From an uncultured Alphaproteobacteria bacterium (GTDB taxonomy: Bacteria; Pseudomonadota; Alphaproteobacteria; Rhizobiales; Amorphaceae), in the NCBI GenBank assembly GCA_963704595.1, contig OY969922.1, forward strand, positions 3,754,660 to 3,818,659: 64,000 nt of DNA, in the 5' to 3' direction. Shown here piece by piece: positions 32,739 to 43,515 of this stretch. The first letter of the stretch is position 1; each line of letters opens with the position of its first letter. The notes beneath the pieces were generated by a model, which ran no database searches, had not been told where the DNA came from, and saw only the letters and a list, made by a program, of their open reading frames with translations. The translations under genes and the position numbers were made by a program.

Positions 32739-33950
32739 TATCGGGCTCCCTGGGTCTGGGTGGCTGCAGGCCGGGCTTCGTTCAGCCGGTCAAGCGGGAG
32801 GTAGGGGACGACGCCCGAGCCGCCGCCGCTCTGGTCGATGATGATCTTGTCGGTGCCGGCCAGAACACGCTCCATGGTTTCAAGATAGATGCGCTGGCGG
32901 GTGACTTCCGGCGCCTTGCGGTACTCTTCGAAGACCGACAGGAAGCGGTCCGCCTCACCGGTTGCCTCGGCAACCACCTGGTCGCGGTATGCGCTGGCGT
33001 TTTCCACGATCCGGGCCGCCTCACCGCGTGCCTGGGGCACGATGTCGTTGGCGTAGGCGTCGGCCTCGTTCTGGAAGCGCTCCTGGTCGGCGCGGGCGGT
33101 CTGCACGTCACGGAACGCGCCGATGACGGCCTGCGGGCGGGTCGACCTTCTGGGTCTGCACCTGGCTGACTTCGATGCCGGCGCCGTAGTTGTTCAGCGT
33201 CGTCTGCATCAGCGCCTGCACGTCCTGTTCGACCTGCTGGCGCTCCTGCGTCAGGATCGGCTGGATGTTCTTGCGACCGACCACCTCACGCATCGCGCTC
33301 TCGGCAACCTGCTTCACGGTAGAGGCAGGGTCCTCGACGTTGAAGAGGTAGTTGGCCGGGTCGGAGATGCGCCACTGCACCTTGAAGTCGACGTCGACGA
33401 TGTTCTCGTCGCCGGTCAGCATCAGGCTTTCCTGCGGCACGTCGGCCCCGCGGCCCTCGCCGGTCGAGCCGATGTTGACTTCGCGGATACGCAGGACGTC
33501 GGGCGTGTAGACCTCGCCGAACGGGTAGGGCCAGTTGTAGTTGAGGCCCGGCTGCGTGGTGCTCTGATACTTGCCGAGCACCAGCTCGACGCCGAGTTCG
33601 CCCGGGCCGACGCGGTAGAAGCCGGTGAGGCCGTAGACCACCGCCGCCGCGATGACGGCCAGAAGGACGCCGCGCGCGCCGATGGCACCCGCCGACGGGC
33701 CGCCGCCGCCACCGCTGCCATTGCCGCCGCCACCGCCCTTGCGGGGCAGCACGCGCTTCAGCTTGTCCTGGCTCCGGCGCAGAAGGTCTTCCAGATCGGG
33801 CGAGCCCTGATCCTTGCCGCCGCGCTGGGGCCCCTGCCCCCACGGATTCGGCTTGTTCGGCCCGTTGCTGTTGCCGCCACCGCCCCAAGGGCCGTCACCG
33901 CCGCCCCATGGGCCGCCACCTTTACCGCCCGACTGGTTGTTCCAGGGCAT
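32738..33950 (-). CDS. hflK: Protease modulator HflK (SPFH/band-7), 1-nt frame shift near 33125
   Basis: ORF 33108..33965 (Gly-rich N-terminus, TM, SPFH) ends ...QKVDPPAGRHRRVP*; the next frame continues the canonical VDPPQAVIGAFRDVQTARADQ in ORF 32738..33106. Confidence 0.85.
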
Positions 33951-34082
33951 TCCCGCTCCCCTCAAAGTCCGAAATTTATCGCGCTACGCACAATTTCAGT
34001 TGTGCACATAGGCACCCGCTGTCGGAGCGCAAACGCGGCCAAACGCGCAACGCATATAGGCTGACGCGGCCCGATGTTTCAA

Positions 34083-34577
34083 TCAGTGACCGCGCGGGGC
34101 GCGCCGAAAGGTCATATAGGTGAAGTCGTGATCGTCGTTCGGACCGCGGATTCCGGGTTGCCGATCGGCCAGCGTGAACGCGGCCTCGTCGATCTCGGGG
34201 AAGCGCGTGTCCCCCTCGGGTGCGGCATGAACGCGGGTGAGGTGGATCGTGTCCGCCAGCGCCATTCCCTCGCGGTAGATCGCCTCGCCGCCCGCGAGGA
34301 ACACCGGCCCCTCGGCCATCCGGACGGCCTCCGCGAGGCTCCGGGCCGTCTCCACGCCGTCGATGCTGCGGCTGGTCACAACGATGGTGCGGCGGCCGGG
34401 AAGCGGCCTTCCGATGGATTCGTGCGTCCGGCGCCCGATGACGACGGTGTGGCCCAGCGTCAGCGCCTTGAAGTGCTTGAGGTCGCTGGAGAGGCGCCAC
34501 GGGATCTGGCCGTCGCGGCCGATCACGCCGTTCTCGGCCGCTGCGACAATCAGCGCGATGTCGGGATCAGACGGCAA
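34083..34577 (-). CDS. folA: Dihydrofolate reductase
   Basis: [23 protein letters not shown] ... VIGRRT ... LAGGEAIY. Confidence 0.93.
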   Translation of the reverse strand: MPSDPDIALIVAAAENGVIGRDGQIPWRLSSDLKHFKALTLGHTVVIGRRTHESIGRPLPGRRTIVVTSRSIDGVETARSLAEAVRMAEGPVFLAGGEAIYREGMALADTIHLTRVHAAPEGDTRFPEIDEAAFTLADRQPGIRGPNDDHDFTYMTFRRAPRGH

Positions 34578-35358
34578 TGGGCGCCTTGATGGTCGGGTGC
34601 GGATCGTAGCCCTTCACCACGATGTGCTCGGCCTCGATCGCGAACAGGTCGCGCGGCGCGCCTTCCAGGACGAGTGTCGGCAGCGGGCGCGGCTCGCGCG
34701 TCAGCTGCAGGCGCGCCTGCTCGAGATGGTTGAGGTAAAGGTGCGCGTCGCCCAGCGTGTGGACGAGCGTGCCCGGCTGAAGGCCGGTCGCGTGCGCCAT
34801 CATGTGCGTCATGATCGCGTAGCTCGCGATGTTGAACGGCACGCCGAGGAACACGTCCGCCGAGCGCTGGTAGACCTGACACGAGAGTTTGCCGGCCGCC
34901 ACGTGGAACTGGAAGAGAAGGTGGCAGGGCGGCAGCGCCATCTTGTCGAGGTCGCCGACATTCCAGGCCGACACGATGTGCCGGCGTGACGCGGGATCGC
35001 TCTTTATGGATTCCACCACGCGGGCGAGTTGGTCGACCGGGCCCTCCGCCGTCGGCCACGCGCGCCACTGGCGGCCGTAGATGGGCCCAAGCTCGCCGTC
35101 GGCGTCCGCCCATTCGTCCCAGATGGTCGCCCCGCGCTCGCGCAGCTGGCCGGCGTTGGTCTCCCCGGCGATGAACCACAGGAGCTCGGCCACCACGGAT
35201 TTGAGGTGCACCTTCTTGGTGGTGACGAGCGGAAAGCCCTTGGAGAGGTCGTACCGGTCCTGATGGCCGAAGACGGAGAGCGTGCCGACGCCGGTGCGAT
35301 CCGCCTGGCGGACGCCCTCGTCGAGTATGAGCCGTATCAAACGGTGATACTGGTCCAT
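34567..35358 (-). CDS. thyA: Thymidylate synthase
   Basis: Canonical ThyA ([11 protein letters not shown] ... PPCHLLFQF ... DAHLYLNH). Confidence 0.95.
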   Translation of the reverse strand: MDQYHRLIRLILDEGVRQADRTGVGTLSVFGHQDRYDLSKGFPLVTTKKVHLKSVVAELLWFIAGETNAGQLRERGATIWDEWADADGELGPIYGRQWRAWPTAEGPVDQLARVVESIKSDPASRRHIVSAWNVGDLDKMALPPCHLLFQFHVAAGKLSCQVYQRSADVFLGVPFNIASYAIMTHMMAHATGLQPGTLVHTLGDAHLYLNHLEQARLQLTREPRPLPTLVLEGAPRDLFAIEAEHIVVKGYDPHPTIKAPIAV

Positions 35359-35589
35359 GAGCCTACTCCGTTTCCCATTGCCGCAACCCCTCGGTTAACG
35401 CGCGAAGGGCGAGGAACCAACGCTCGTTTTCCGGGCAAAACTTCCGGGGATAGGGAGGACAACGGTTTCGCACCTCTTTTCAGGCGGGCGCGCACGCAGC
35501 TGGCGCAGGAGACGGGCGCGGGACAATGCCGGCCGAAGAACCCTTCTCATCGCGGCCCGGCTCCCCTATATTCGGGTCTGCCAGCGACG

Positions 35590-35940
35590 GTTGGCTATGG
35601 CGATAAACGGGCAGCGTAATAAGCTCTTCGGACCCGGGGGCGGTACCCGGCGCCTCCACCCAAGCCGCGAGCCTTGAACAGGGCGCGCGGTTTCGGCGGG
35701 GGCGAAATAGGATCGACGAGGGTGTAAAGGCTCTTCTTTCGCTCGGTATGGTACCACCGTCATCGGACCAAAACTGTAGTTGCGAATGACAACTATGCTG
35801 AGGCTCGTCTCGCTGCGTAACGCAGCGCGATAACCTCGTTTAAGTCCTTTCCCTTAGCCGGGCGAGGCGGGGTTCGGAGGCACCTGGCAACAGAAGCCTC
35901 CACTTCATCCTGCCCATACACATCCGGTTCAGCCGCAGCG
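35590..35940 (+). ncRNA. ssrA: tmRNA (ssrA), circularly permuted two-piece alphaproteobacterial form; acceptor piece ends at ~35660, coding piece starts at ~35698
   Basis: Tag frame GCG AAT GAC AAC TAT GCT GAG GCT CGT CTC GCT GCG TAA (ANDNYAEARLAA*), preceded by UAGUU, with the stop codon inside a cgctgcg/cgcagcg hairpin. T-arm ccggg-ggcggta-cccgg followed by the acceptor 3' strand cgccucc-A-CC. Coding-piece 5' end GGGGGCG..GGAUCGACGAGGG gives a 7-bp acceptor stem with a G3.U70 pair. Outer gene ends are approximate. Confidence 0.85.
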
Positions 35941-36161
35941 CGCGTCGCGACGGCCACCGAGGCGATGGGCGAACACAGCGTCACACCGGACAAACCAGCT
36001 ATTTCAGGCCGCGGCCCCCGCAAACGACTTGTCACGCCGTTTGCAAAGGCCGAAAAGACGCGACTGCTGAAAACATCCGTACCGTGAGAAAAACCGCCAG
36101 CATGGCCCGTTGGAATGATGGGGCGGACACGCTACCTATGCCGCAATGAAGGAGGTGGATC

Positions 36162-36710
36162 GTGGTTGACGACCTCATCCGTTACGACGTTCTGGTGCAA
36201 GACGCCCTGCGCGGGGTCGTGCGCAAGGTGATGCGCGAGGTGGCCGACGGCGGTCTCCCCGGCGAGCATCACTTCTATATCGCGTTCGACACGACCGCGC
36301 CCGGCGTTCGCATGTCCTCCCGGCTGCGCCAGCAGCACCCGGAAGAGATGACGGTCGTCCTGCAGCACCAGTTCTGGGATCTGTCGGTGACCGACCACAC
36401 CTTCGAGGTGGGGCTGTCCTTCGGCGGTGTGCCGGAGCGGCTTCTGGTGCCGTTCGCTGCGGTAAAGGGCTTCTTCGACCCCTCAGTCCAGTTCGGCCTG
36501 CAGTTCGACCCGGCCAACAACGCCCCCGAGGCGCAGAAACCTGCCGGTCCCACCGCCGTCCCTGCGCCGACGCTCGCCACGCCCGCACACGTCCCCGCCC
36601 CGGCGCAGGACGATGACGCCGGCAGCGACGAGGACGCCGAGCACGAAACCACACCCCCGAGCGAGGGCGCGCAGGTCGTCTCCCTGGACGCCTTCCGCAA
36701 GAAGCCCTGA
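36162..36710 (+). CDS. sspB: ClpXP adaptor SspB (stringent starvation protein B)
   Basis: N-terminal SspB fold sequence (FYIAFDT ... VVLQHQFWDL) followed by an acidic disordered tail. Confidence 0.8.
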   Translation: MVDDLIRYDVLVQDALRGVVRKVMREVADGGLPGEHHFYIAFDTTAPGVRMSSRLRQQHPEEMTVVLQHQFWDLSVTDHTFEVGLSFGGVPERLLVPFAAVKGFFDPSVQFGLQFDPANNAPEAQKPAGPTAVPAPTLATPAHVPAPAQDDDAGSDEDAEHETTPPSEGAQVVSLDAFRKKP

Positions 36711-37168
36711 TGGAGGGGCAGAAGCGCATCGGCTTCGCCGCGCACGACGCGGTCAAGGCGCAGCTCGGCGCCTGGGCGTTCGCCAACGAGGCGGCGCTTG
36801 CCGACCATGTGCTGACCGCGACCGGCAACACCGGCCGCGTCCTCCTCGAGGCCACCGGCCTCGACGTGACGTGCCTGCGCTCCGGCACGCTGGGCGGCGA
36901 CATGGAGCTCGGCGCGCTGATCGCCGACAACCAGATCGACATCCTGATCCTGTTCGCCGACCCGCTGACCCGCCAGCCGCACGACGTCGACCCCGCCCCG
37001 CTCCTGCGCATGGCGACGATCGCGCAGATCGCCGTCGCGACGACGGAGACGACGGCCGACTTCATCATCCGCTCGGAGCTGATGAGCAAACCCTATTTCC
37101 GCCGGGCGCATGAGGCCTCGCGCCTGCAGCCCGCGCAGCGCAGCATCACCCAGCGCGAGCGAACCTGA
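36710..37168 (+). CDS. mgsA: Methylglyoxal synthase
   Basis: IGFAAHD ... LTATGNTG ... GGDMELGA ... DPLTRQPHDVD ... ATTETTADF. Confidence 0.88.
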   Translation: MEGQKRIGFAAHDAVKAQLGAWAFANEAALADHVLTATGNTGRVLLEATGLDVTCLRSGTLGGDMELGALIADNQIDILILFADPLTRQPHDVDPAPLLRMATIAQIAVATTETTADFIIRSELMSKPYFRRAHEASRLQPAQRSITQRERT

Positions 37169-37319
37169 GCCACGCCTGCCACCTCCCCGCACGCACCGCC
37201 CTGCACTGCCTGCGGCACAGTGCGCCGCCTTGTCACGCCGGCGTGACTTGCGGCGCGGCATGGTTGGCACAACGCTAGCCTTCGAACTCCCGTTCAACCC
37301 GACGAGGAAGGACCGTTCG

Positions 37320-38136
37320 ATGCATGCGACCCTCAAGGCATTGGCTTTCGCGGGGCTTGCGCTCGCGCTCTTCGCCCCTCCCGCCGCCGCACAGGTCTCC
37401 AACTGTCAGGCGATTGCCGAGCGGCTGCCCGGCGCCAAGCTGTGGCGCGCCGCGACGGGGGGCGCCGACGCCTACTCGGTCGACATCACCTACGTCGGGC
37501 ACTCCACCTTCCGCATCGTGGCGCCGGACGGCACCACCATCGCGACCGACTATTCGGGCACCCACGGCGGCGACCGCCTCCCCGACGTCGTCACCATGAA
37601 CCACGCCCACTCCAGCCACTGGACGCCGGTGCCGGACCCCGGCATCCCCCACGCGCTGAAGGGCTGGAACCCCGAAGGGGGCCGCGCCAACCACTTCCTC
37701 AACGTCGGCGAGGTGCTTGATCCGCAGCGTCCCCAGCGACATCCGCACCTGGGGCGGCCAGGTGGAGGCAAACGGCAACTCCATCTTCGTGTTCGAGATC
37801 GCGGGCCTGTGCATCGGCCACCTCGGCCACCTCCACCAGGAACTCAATGATTCCCAGATCGCCGAAATCGGCCGGCTCGACATCGTGTTCGTGCCGATCG
37901 ATGGCGGGCGGACCATGCGCCATGGCGAGATGATGAACGTCATCAGCCGCCTGCGCGCCTCGCTGGCGATCCCGATGCACTGGTTCAGCAACTACAACCT
38001 GAACGAATTCGCTGCCCGGACGCGGGACGACGGGTTCGCGGTCTCTATGAACCCCTCCCCCACCGTCACGGTGTCGCTGAACACCCTGCCCGACACGCCG
38101 ACGCTCCTGGTGATGCCGCGCGAGGTGCCGTTCTAG
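37320..38136 (+). CDS. MBL-fold metallo-hydrolase, secreted, 1-nt frame shift near 37715
   Basis: Signal peptide MHATLKALAFAGLALALFAPPAAAQ; N-terminal part in ORF 37110..37850; C-terminal part (HLGHLHQE ... ) in ORF 37717..38136. Confidence 0.7.
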
Positions 38137-38750
38137 GCGCCGTCGCCGCCGCCGCGGGGCCGGCTCATCTGGAACACCGTCGTCGCGGCGGTGTAATCGC
38201 GGTAGCCGCACCGGGCGATGGGCTGGAGGCGGGTGAGGTCCACCATGCCGTCCACCAGCACGCTCTCGTCGATGTGGATCATCACCACCTCGCCGATGAG
38301 CATCGTGTAGCGCCCGCGCACCCCCGAAGCGCTCTTCAGCGGCACGGTCTCGACGTAGACGCACTCCATCGAAACCGGCGTGGCGGCGACGCGCGGCGGC
38401 TTCACGAGCACCGATGGCGCCGTCTCCAGCCCGGCGAACTCGAACTCGGACTTGCCGTGCTCCAGCGGCGCGGACGACTGGTTCATCGCATCGCGCAGGT
38501 CGAACGTCGCGAGGTTGCAGACGAACTCGCCCGTCGCCTCGATGTTGGACTGGCTGTCCTTCACCCCGAACGAGGAGAACATCACGAGATGCGGGTGGTC
38601 GCACACAGCGTTGAAGAAGCTATAGGGCGCAAGGTTGGGCCGCCCCTCGGCGTCGAGCGAGGAGATCCAGCCGATCGGCCGCGGGGCGACCAGCGCCTTG
38701 AACGGGTCGTGCGGCAGGCCGTGGTCGTTCACGCGCGGGTCGTAATGCAT
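38133..38750 (-). CDS. Flavin reductase family protein (NADH:FMN oxidoreductase RutF-like)
   Basis: 205 aa; flavin-reductase-like fold (GWISSLDAEGRPNLAPYSFF). Confidence 0.8.
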   Translation of the reverse strand: MHYDPRVNDHGLPHDPFKALVAPRPIGWISSLDAEGRPNLAPYSFFNAVCDHPHLVMFSSFGVKDSQSNIEATGEFVCNLATFDLRDAMNQSSAPLEHGKSEFEFAGLETAPSVLVKPPRVAATPVSMECVYVETVPLKSASGVRGRYTMLIGEVVMIHIDESVLVDGMVDLTRLQPIARCGYRDYTAATTVFQMSRPRGGGDGA

Positions 38751-38760
38751 GGCAACTACC

Positions 38761-39339
38761 TCAATCGGCCTGATCGGCAGGGGGTACGAATCGAGTCGTG
38801 ATCGCGTCGATGTCCGGCCGGTCGCGGTCGGCGGGTTTGAAATCGGGCGTGCCGATGTGGATAAACCCCGCCACCCGCTCCTCCGGGGCGATCCCGATCG
38901 CGGCCTTGGCGGCGTCGTCGTAGGCGATCCACTCGGTCAGCCATTGGCCTGAAAATCCGTGCGCCGCCGCAGCATGAAGAAGGTTAAGACACACGGCGCC
39001 TGCGGAAAGGATCTGTTCCCACTCCGGAATCTTCGGATGGATGCCCGCGGTGCTCACCACCGCAACAACGACCGGTGCGCGCGTAAAGCGCGTCAGTTCA
39101 GCTTCGCGCCGTGCAGGATTATCGTCCGCTTGCGCGATTGCAGAAAACCGTTTGCCAGCGTACACACGCGCATCGTCCGCAAAGACGATGAACCGCCAAG
39201 GCGCCAGTTTGCCATGGTCCGGGACACGAGCTGCCAGCGTCAGCATCGCGTCGAGCGTTTCCCTGTCCGGCCCCGGCTCGATGAGCTGGACCGACGGAAC
39301 TGTCCGCCGCGTTGCCAAATAGTCACGCAGAATGCTCAT
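38761..39339 (-). CDS. Nitroreductase family protein
   Basis: 192 aa; nitroreductase fold signatures. Confidence 0.75.
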   Translation of the reverse strand: MSILRDYLATRRTVPSVQLIEPGPDRETLDAMLTLAARVPDHGKLAPWRFIVFADDARVYAGKRFSAIAQADDNPARREAELTRFTRAPVVVAVVSTAGIHPKIPEWEQILSAGAVCLNLLHAAAAHGFSGQWLTEWIAYDDAAKAAIGIAPEERVAGFIHIGTPDFKPADRDRPDIDAITTRFVPPADQAD

Positions 39340-39493
39340 CGTCCGGGTCCCTGGTTCGTGAAGTGCACTTTTGGTGTCAAACCGGTGCGATCGTTGAAAT
39401 ACAGTGATCGCTCAGGCAATCTGAATTCGCACATGACGTGCGCTTTCGCTGTGCGGCGTTTTTGCAACAGCGAGGGGAACGACGAGGTACACG

Positions 39494-40471
39494 ATGAACC
39501 GCTGGGCAACCTGCTTCTTCCTTTCGTGTGTCGTTGTGCCGCCGGCCGCCGCCAACGCGGCAGCGCCGATCCCCAAGCCTAAACCCATTCAGTCCGCCGG
39601 GGCCGATCCCCAGTCTGCAATTACCCGCATGGTTAATGGCGGCGAAACGATGGACGGCTCCTACGTCGCCTACGCCCCCGCCAACGGTCCTTCGCTCGAG
39701 CGGTCCGGCACCACCCAGTCTTCTCTCTATGTGGTCGGCAAGCTCGCGGAAGATGGCGGCCCCATCGGCGACGGTCTGGTCTGGCGCGTCTTCCGCGACT
39801 TTCCGGACGCCAACGGCGAGCTTCCCCTCGTCCACAAGGGCCGCGGCGGCGACCTCGAAGTCCGCCTGCAACCCGGCCGCTACATCGTCCACGTCTCCTA
39901 CGGCCGCGCCGCCATCTCCCGCATCGTCAACGTCCAGGGTTCCGCCACCAGCGAGACGTTCGTCCTCAACGCCGGCGGCCTCCAGCTCAACGCCCAGGTG
40001 GACGGCATCGAGACCGAAGCCACCAAGCAGGCGACCAAGTTCGAGCTCTACGCGATCGAGAACGAAGAGAAGCGCCTGATCGGCAACGTGAACCCCGGCG
40101 CGATCGCCCGCCTTCCGGCCGGCAACTACCACATCGTCAGCAAGTACGGGACGGTCAACGCGGTGCGCACCGCGGACGTCCTGGTCGAGGCCGGCAAGCT
40201 CACCCGCGTGTCCTTGCGCCACCAGGCCGGCGAGATCCGTCTCAAGCTCGTCCGCAACGAAGGCGGCGAGGCCATCGCCGACACCGCGTGGACCGTCTAC
40301 AACGGCGACGGCGAGGAAATCTTCGAACGGGTCGGCGCCCACGCCAACGTGACTCTGGCCGCCGGCGAGTACGCCGTGGTCGCCAAGCACCGCGACGCCG
40401 AATTCCGCCAGTCCTTCACCGTATCCTCCGGCCAGGCGTCCGACGTGACGGTCCTCGCCCGCCAGCTCTAG
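39494..40471 (+). CDS. Secreted hypothetical protein built from three ~80-aa internal repeats
   Basis: Signal peptide; repeats centred on LQPGRYIVHVSYG / LPAGNYHIVSKYG / LAAGEYAVVAKHR. Confidence 0.6.
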   Translation: MNRWATCFFLSCVVVPPAAANAAAPIPKPKPIQSAGADPQSAITRMVNGGETMDGSYVAYAPANGPSLERSGTTQSSLYVVGKLAEDGGPIGDGLVWRVFRDFPDANGELPLVHKGRGGDLEVRLQPGRYIVHVSYGRAAISRIVNVQGSATSETFVLNAGGLQLNAQVDGIETEATKQATKFELYAIENEEKRLIGNVNPGAIARLPAGNYHIVSKYGTVNAVRTADVLVEAGKLTRVSLRHQAGEIRLKLVRNEGGEAIADTAWTVYNGDGEEIFERVGAHANVTLAAGEYAVVAKHRDAEFRQSFTVSSGQASDVTVLARQL

Positions 40472-40585
40472 GCCACCGCTCCGGGCTCGCCCGGACGATC
40501 ACCGGCCTCACCCGCGCGCACAGCGCCCTTACGGCCCGAGCCGCCGTCCTCTCCCCACCATTCCGCTCGGCCCTGTCCGCAAGCC

Positions 40586-41272
40586 TCATTCACCGTCGAT
40601 GTAGCGCTGTTCGATCGCGGCCCAGTTGACGAGGCTCAGCGCCACTTCGCGCAGGTAGTCCTCGACCTTGGTCTCATAGTCGAACACGTAGGCGTGCTCC
40701 CACAGATCGATGCCCATGAGGAGCTGCCGGCCGGTGGCGAACGGGCTGTCGGCGTCCGGCCATCCCTCCAGATAGAGCGCCTCCCCTTCCGCGCTCAGCC
40801 ACACCCAGCCCGTGCCGAACACCGCGTCGGACGCGAGGACGAGTTCGTCGGCGAGCCCGTCGAGGCCGCCGTACTCGCGGTTGATCGCCTCTTCCAGGAC
40901 AGGCCCCGGCAGGGTCGCACCGCCGGCGAACTGATTGAAGTAGAGCGTGTGGTTGTGATGCTCGGACGCGCTCTCGTACACCGCGAGGTCGCCGGCATCG
41001 CCCGCCGTGCGGATCACGTCCTCCAGCGACATGTCGGCATAGTCGGTGCCCTCGACGAGGAGGTTCAGCCGGTCGACGTGGTTCTGGTGAATGACGTTGG
41101 CGTGGAGCGCCACGGTGCGGGCGGAGATGTGAGGCGCCAGAGCGTCCTCAGCATACGGCAGCGGCGCACGTGTAAAGGGCGCCGCAGCGCGGGCGATGTG
41201 CGGCCGCGCCAGCGCAGCGGATGCGACCACCCCGCCGAGGCCGATAAGGGCTGAACGCCGCGTGAGAGCCAT
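40586..41272 (-). CDS. sod: Fe/Mn-family superoxide dismutase with an N-terminal twin-arginine (Tat) signal
   Basis: MALTRRSALIGLGGVVASAALA Tat-like leader; Fe/Mn-SOD metal ligands in context (H..HH, DLWEHAY). Confidence 0.85.
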   Translation of the reverse strand: MALTRRSALIGLGGVVASAALARPHIARAAAPFTRAPLPYAEDALAPHISARTVALHANVIHQNHVDRLNLLVEGTDYADMSLEDVIRTAGDAGDLAVYESASEHHNHTLYFNQFAGGATLPGPVLEEAINREYGGLDGLADELVLASDAVFGTGWVWLSAEGEALYLEGWPDADSPFATGRQLLMGIDLWEHAYVFDYETKVEDYLREVALSLVNWAAIEQRYIDGE

Positions 41273-41396
41273 TGGAAGCCTCCCGGCAGCGCCGCGCTGC
41301 CCAACTTGATCTGACGCGTCAACATTTGCCAGTCGGCGCCGTCCGGTCAAGCGGAGCGTATCGTCCGAACTTCGCCCCGGGCTTGGGGCGAAGCGG

Positions 41397-42242
41397 TCAG
41401 CCCCCTGTGCGCTGCTTCTCAGTGTTGCGGCGGATCATCTCCATGGTGGCGAGGAGGAGGACCGACAGCGCCACGAGGATCGACGCCAGCGCGAGGATGG
41501 TCGGGCTGATTTCCTCGCGCAGGCCGGAGAACATGCGCACCGTCATCGGTGTCTGCTCGGGACCTGCGAGGAAGAGGACCACCACCACCTCGTCGAGCGA
41601 GGTGATGAAGGCGAACAGCCCGCCCGCGATGATGCCGGGGAGAAGCAGCGGCAAAATGACCTTGAAGAACGTCGTCGTCTGGTTCGCCCCCAGCGACTGC
41701 GAGGCCCGGATGAGCTGGTTGTCGAAGCCCGACAGCGCGGCGGTCACCGTGATCACCACGAACGGTGCGCCGAGAACGACGTGGCTCATGATGATCGCGA
41801 AGTAGGTCTGCGACAGGTTTACGCGGGCGTAGAAGGCGAAGAGCGCCGCCGCGGTGATGATGAGCGGCACGATCATCGGCGAGATCAGGAACGCGGTGAT
41901 CAGGGCGCGGAACGGCATCTCGCGGCGCGACAGGCCGAGCGCGGCGAGCGTGCCCAGCGTGGTCGCGATGATGGTCGAGGTGATCGCGATGAAGAAGGAG
42001 TTGCCGATGGACGACATCCACTCGTCGCTGCCCAGCAGCGCCTCGTACCAGCGCAGCGAGTAGCCCGCCGGGTCGAACGTCAGCATCTCCTTGGTGAAGG
42101 TGAAGTACGGCTCGGCGTTGAACGACAGCGGGATGATCACCACGATCGGCGCGACGAGGAAGAAGAAGATCAGGCCGCAGATGACGAGATACGTCCAGTG
42201 CCAGACCTTCTCCAGGCGGCTCGCATGTTGGGGAAGCGCCAT
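41397..42242 (-). CDS. ABC transporter permease (polyamine/PotC-like)
   Basis: 281 aa, 6 TM; EAA-like loop. Confidence 0.85.
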   Translation of the reverse strand: MALPQHASRLEKVWHWTYLVICGLIFFFLVAPIVVIIPLSFNAEPYFTFTKEMLTFDPAGYSLRWYEALLGSDEWMSSIGNSFFIAITSTIIATTLGTLAALGLSRREMPFRALITAFLISPMIVPLIITAAALFAFYARVNLSQTYFAIIMSHVVLGAPFVVITVTAALSGFDNQLIRASQSLGANQTTTFFKVILPLLLPGIIAGGLFAFITSLDEVVVVLFLAGPEQTPMTVRMFSGLREEISPTILALASILVALSVLLLATMEMIRRNTEKQRTGG

Positions 42243-42248
42243 GATGGT

Positions 42249-43515
42249 TTACCCGAACTTCAGCCGGTCGACGCCGACGAGCTTGTTGAACAGCCAGTAG
42301 AAGACGAGGACGCCCACGAGGAGCAGCGTTGCCAGCGCGAGCGCGAGGCGGAGCTGCGAGAGGGAGCCTGTCATCCGGTCGGCGATGAGGTTGGAGATGA
42401 ACACGCCGGACTCGCCGCCCACCAGCGCCGGGGTAATGTAGTACCCGATCGCGAGGATGAAGACGAGGAGCACGCCGGCCGCAAGCCCCGGAACGGTCAG
42501 CGGGAAGTAGACCGTGAGGTGGGCGCGCAGCGGCGTCGCGCCCATGGAGCGGGCGGCGCGCGTCAGGCTCGGCGGGATGGTCTTCATGACCGAGTAGAGC
42601 GGCAGGATCATGAACGGCAGGAGGATGTGCGTCATCGCGATGATGGTGCCGATCCGGTTGTAGATCAGCCGCACGCGCCCGTCGTCGCCGACGATGTTGA
42701 AGAGGACGAGAAGGTCGTTGACCACCCCCTCCTGCTGCAGGAGCACGATCCACGCCGAGGTCCGGACCAGAAGCGAGGTCCAGAACGGCAGGAGGACGAG
42801 GATCATCAGAAGGTTGGCCTTCTTGGCCGGAAGGTTCGCCAGAAGGTACGAGACCGGGTAGCCGAGGAGAATGGTGAGCGAGGTGATGAGAAGGCTCATC
42901 CACGCCGTCTGCCAGAAGATCCCGCGGTAGACTTGGAGGTTCTCAGGCCGCTCCACGATCTCGCCGTCTGCGTTGTACTCGTAGTCGAGCGCGCGGAGGT
43001 AGTAGGCCGGGGTGATCGTGCGGGTCTCGCGCTGGATCAGCTTCCAGATCCGCGGGTTGGCCCAGTCGTCATCGTCCGCGATCAGCCCTTCCTTGAAGGG
43101 CGCGGTCAATTCCTCGGCGGCGCGCATGGAGCCCATCATGGTGGAGCGGGCGCCCGGCAGCTCGGCGTTGAGGCGGGCGGCAGCGCGCCCGATGGTCGAG
43201 CGGCCACCGTCGTTGAGGTCCTGGACCATCGCGGCATAGACCGCTTCGGAGGGCAGGCCCTCCTTGTCCCAGTCGGCGATCGCCTCGGCAGTGTTCGGGC
43301 AGATAGGCCGAAATCTCGGGGTTCTGCACCGAGCGCGTCATCATCTGCACGATGGGGATGGTGTAGGTGAACAGCAGGAACGCGAACAGCGGGAGCACCA
43401 GAAGGGCCGCGTTGCGGCGGGCTCGACCGTTGGCGGCGCGCAGCGCCTGCTTGAGGGGTTTGCCGTCCGCCGTGGTGAGCGGTTGGCCGGAATGGGTCGC
43501 TGTCGCTTGGCTCAT
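42249..43515 (-). CDS. ABC transporter permease (PotB-like), 1-nt frame shift near 43300
   Basis: TM1 in ORF 43069..43515 (MSQATATHSG ... VQNPEI); the rest is in ORF 42249..43229. Removing one g restores LPNTAEAIADW. Confidence 0.8.

Noticed and set aside
35359-35590. Additional ncRNA between thyA and ssrA
   Set aside because: No recognisable structure. Most plausibly the thyA and ssrA promoter regions.
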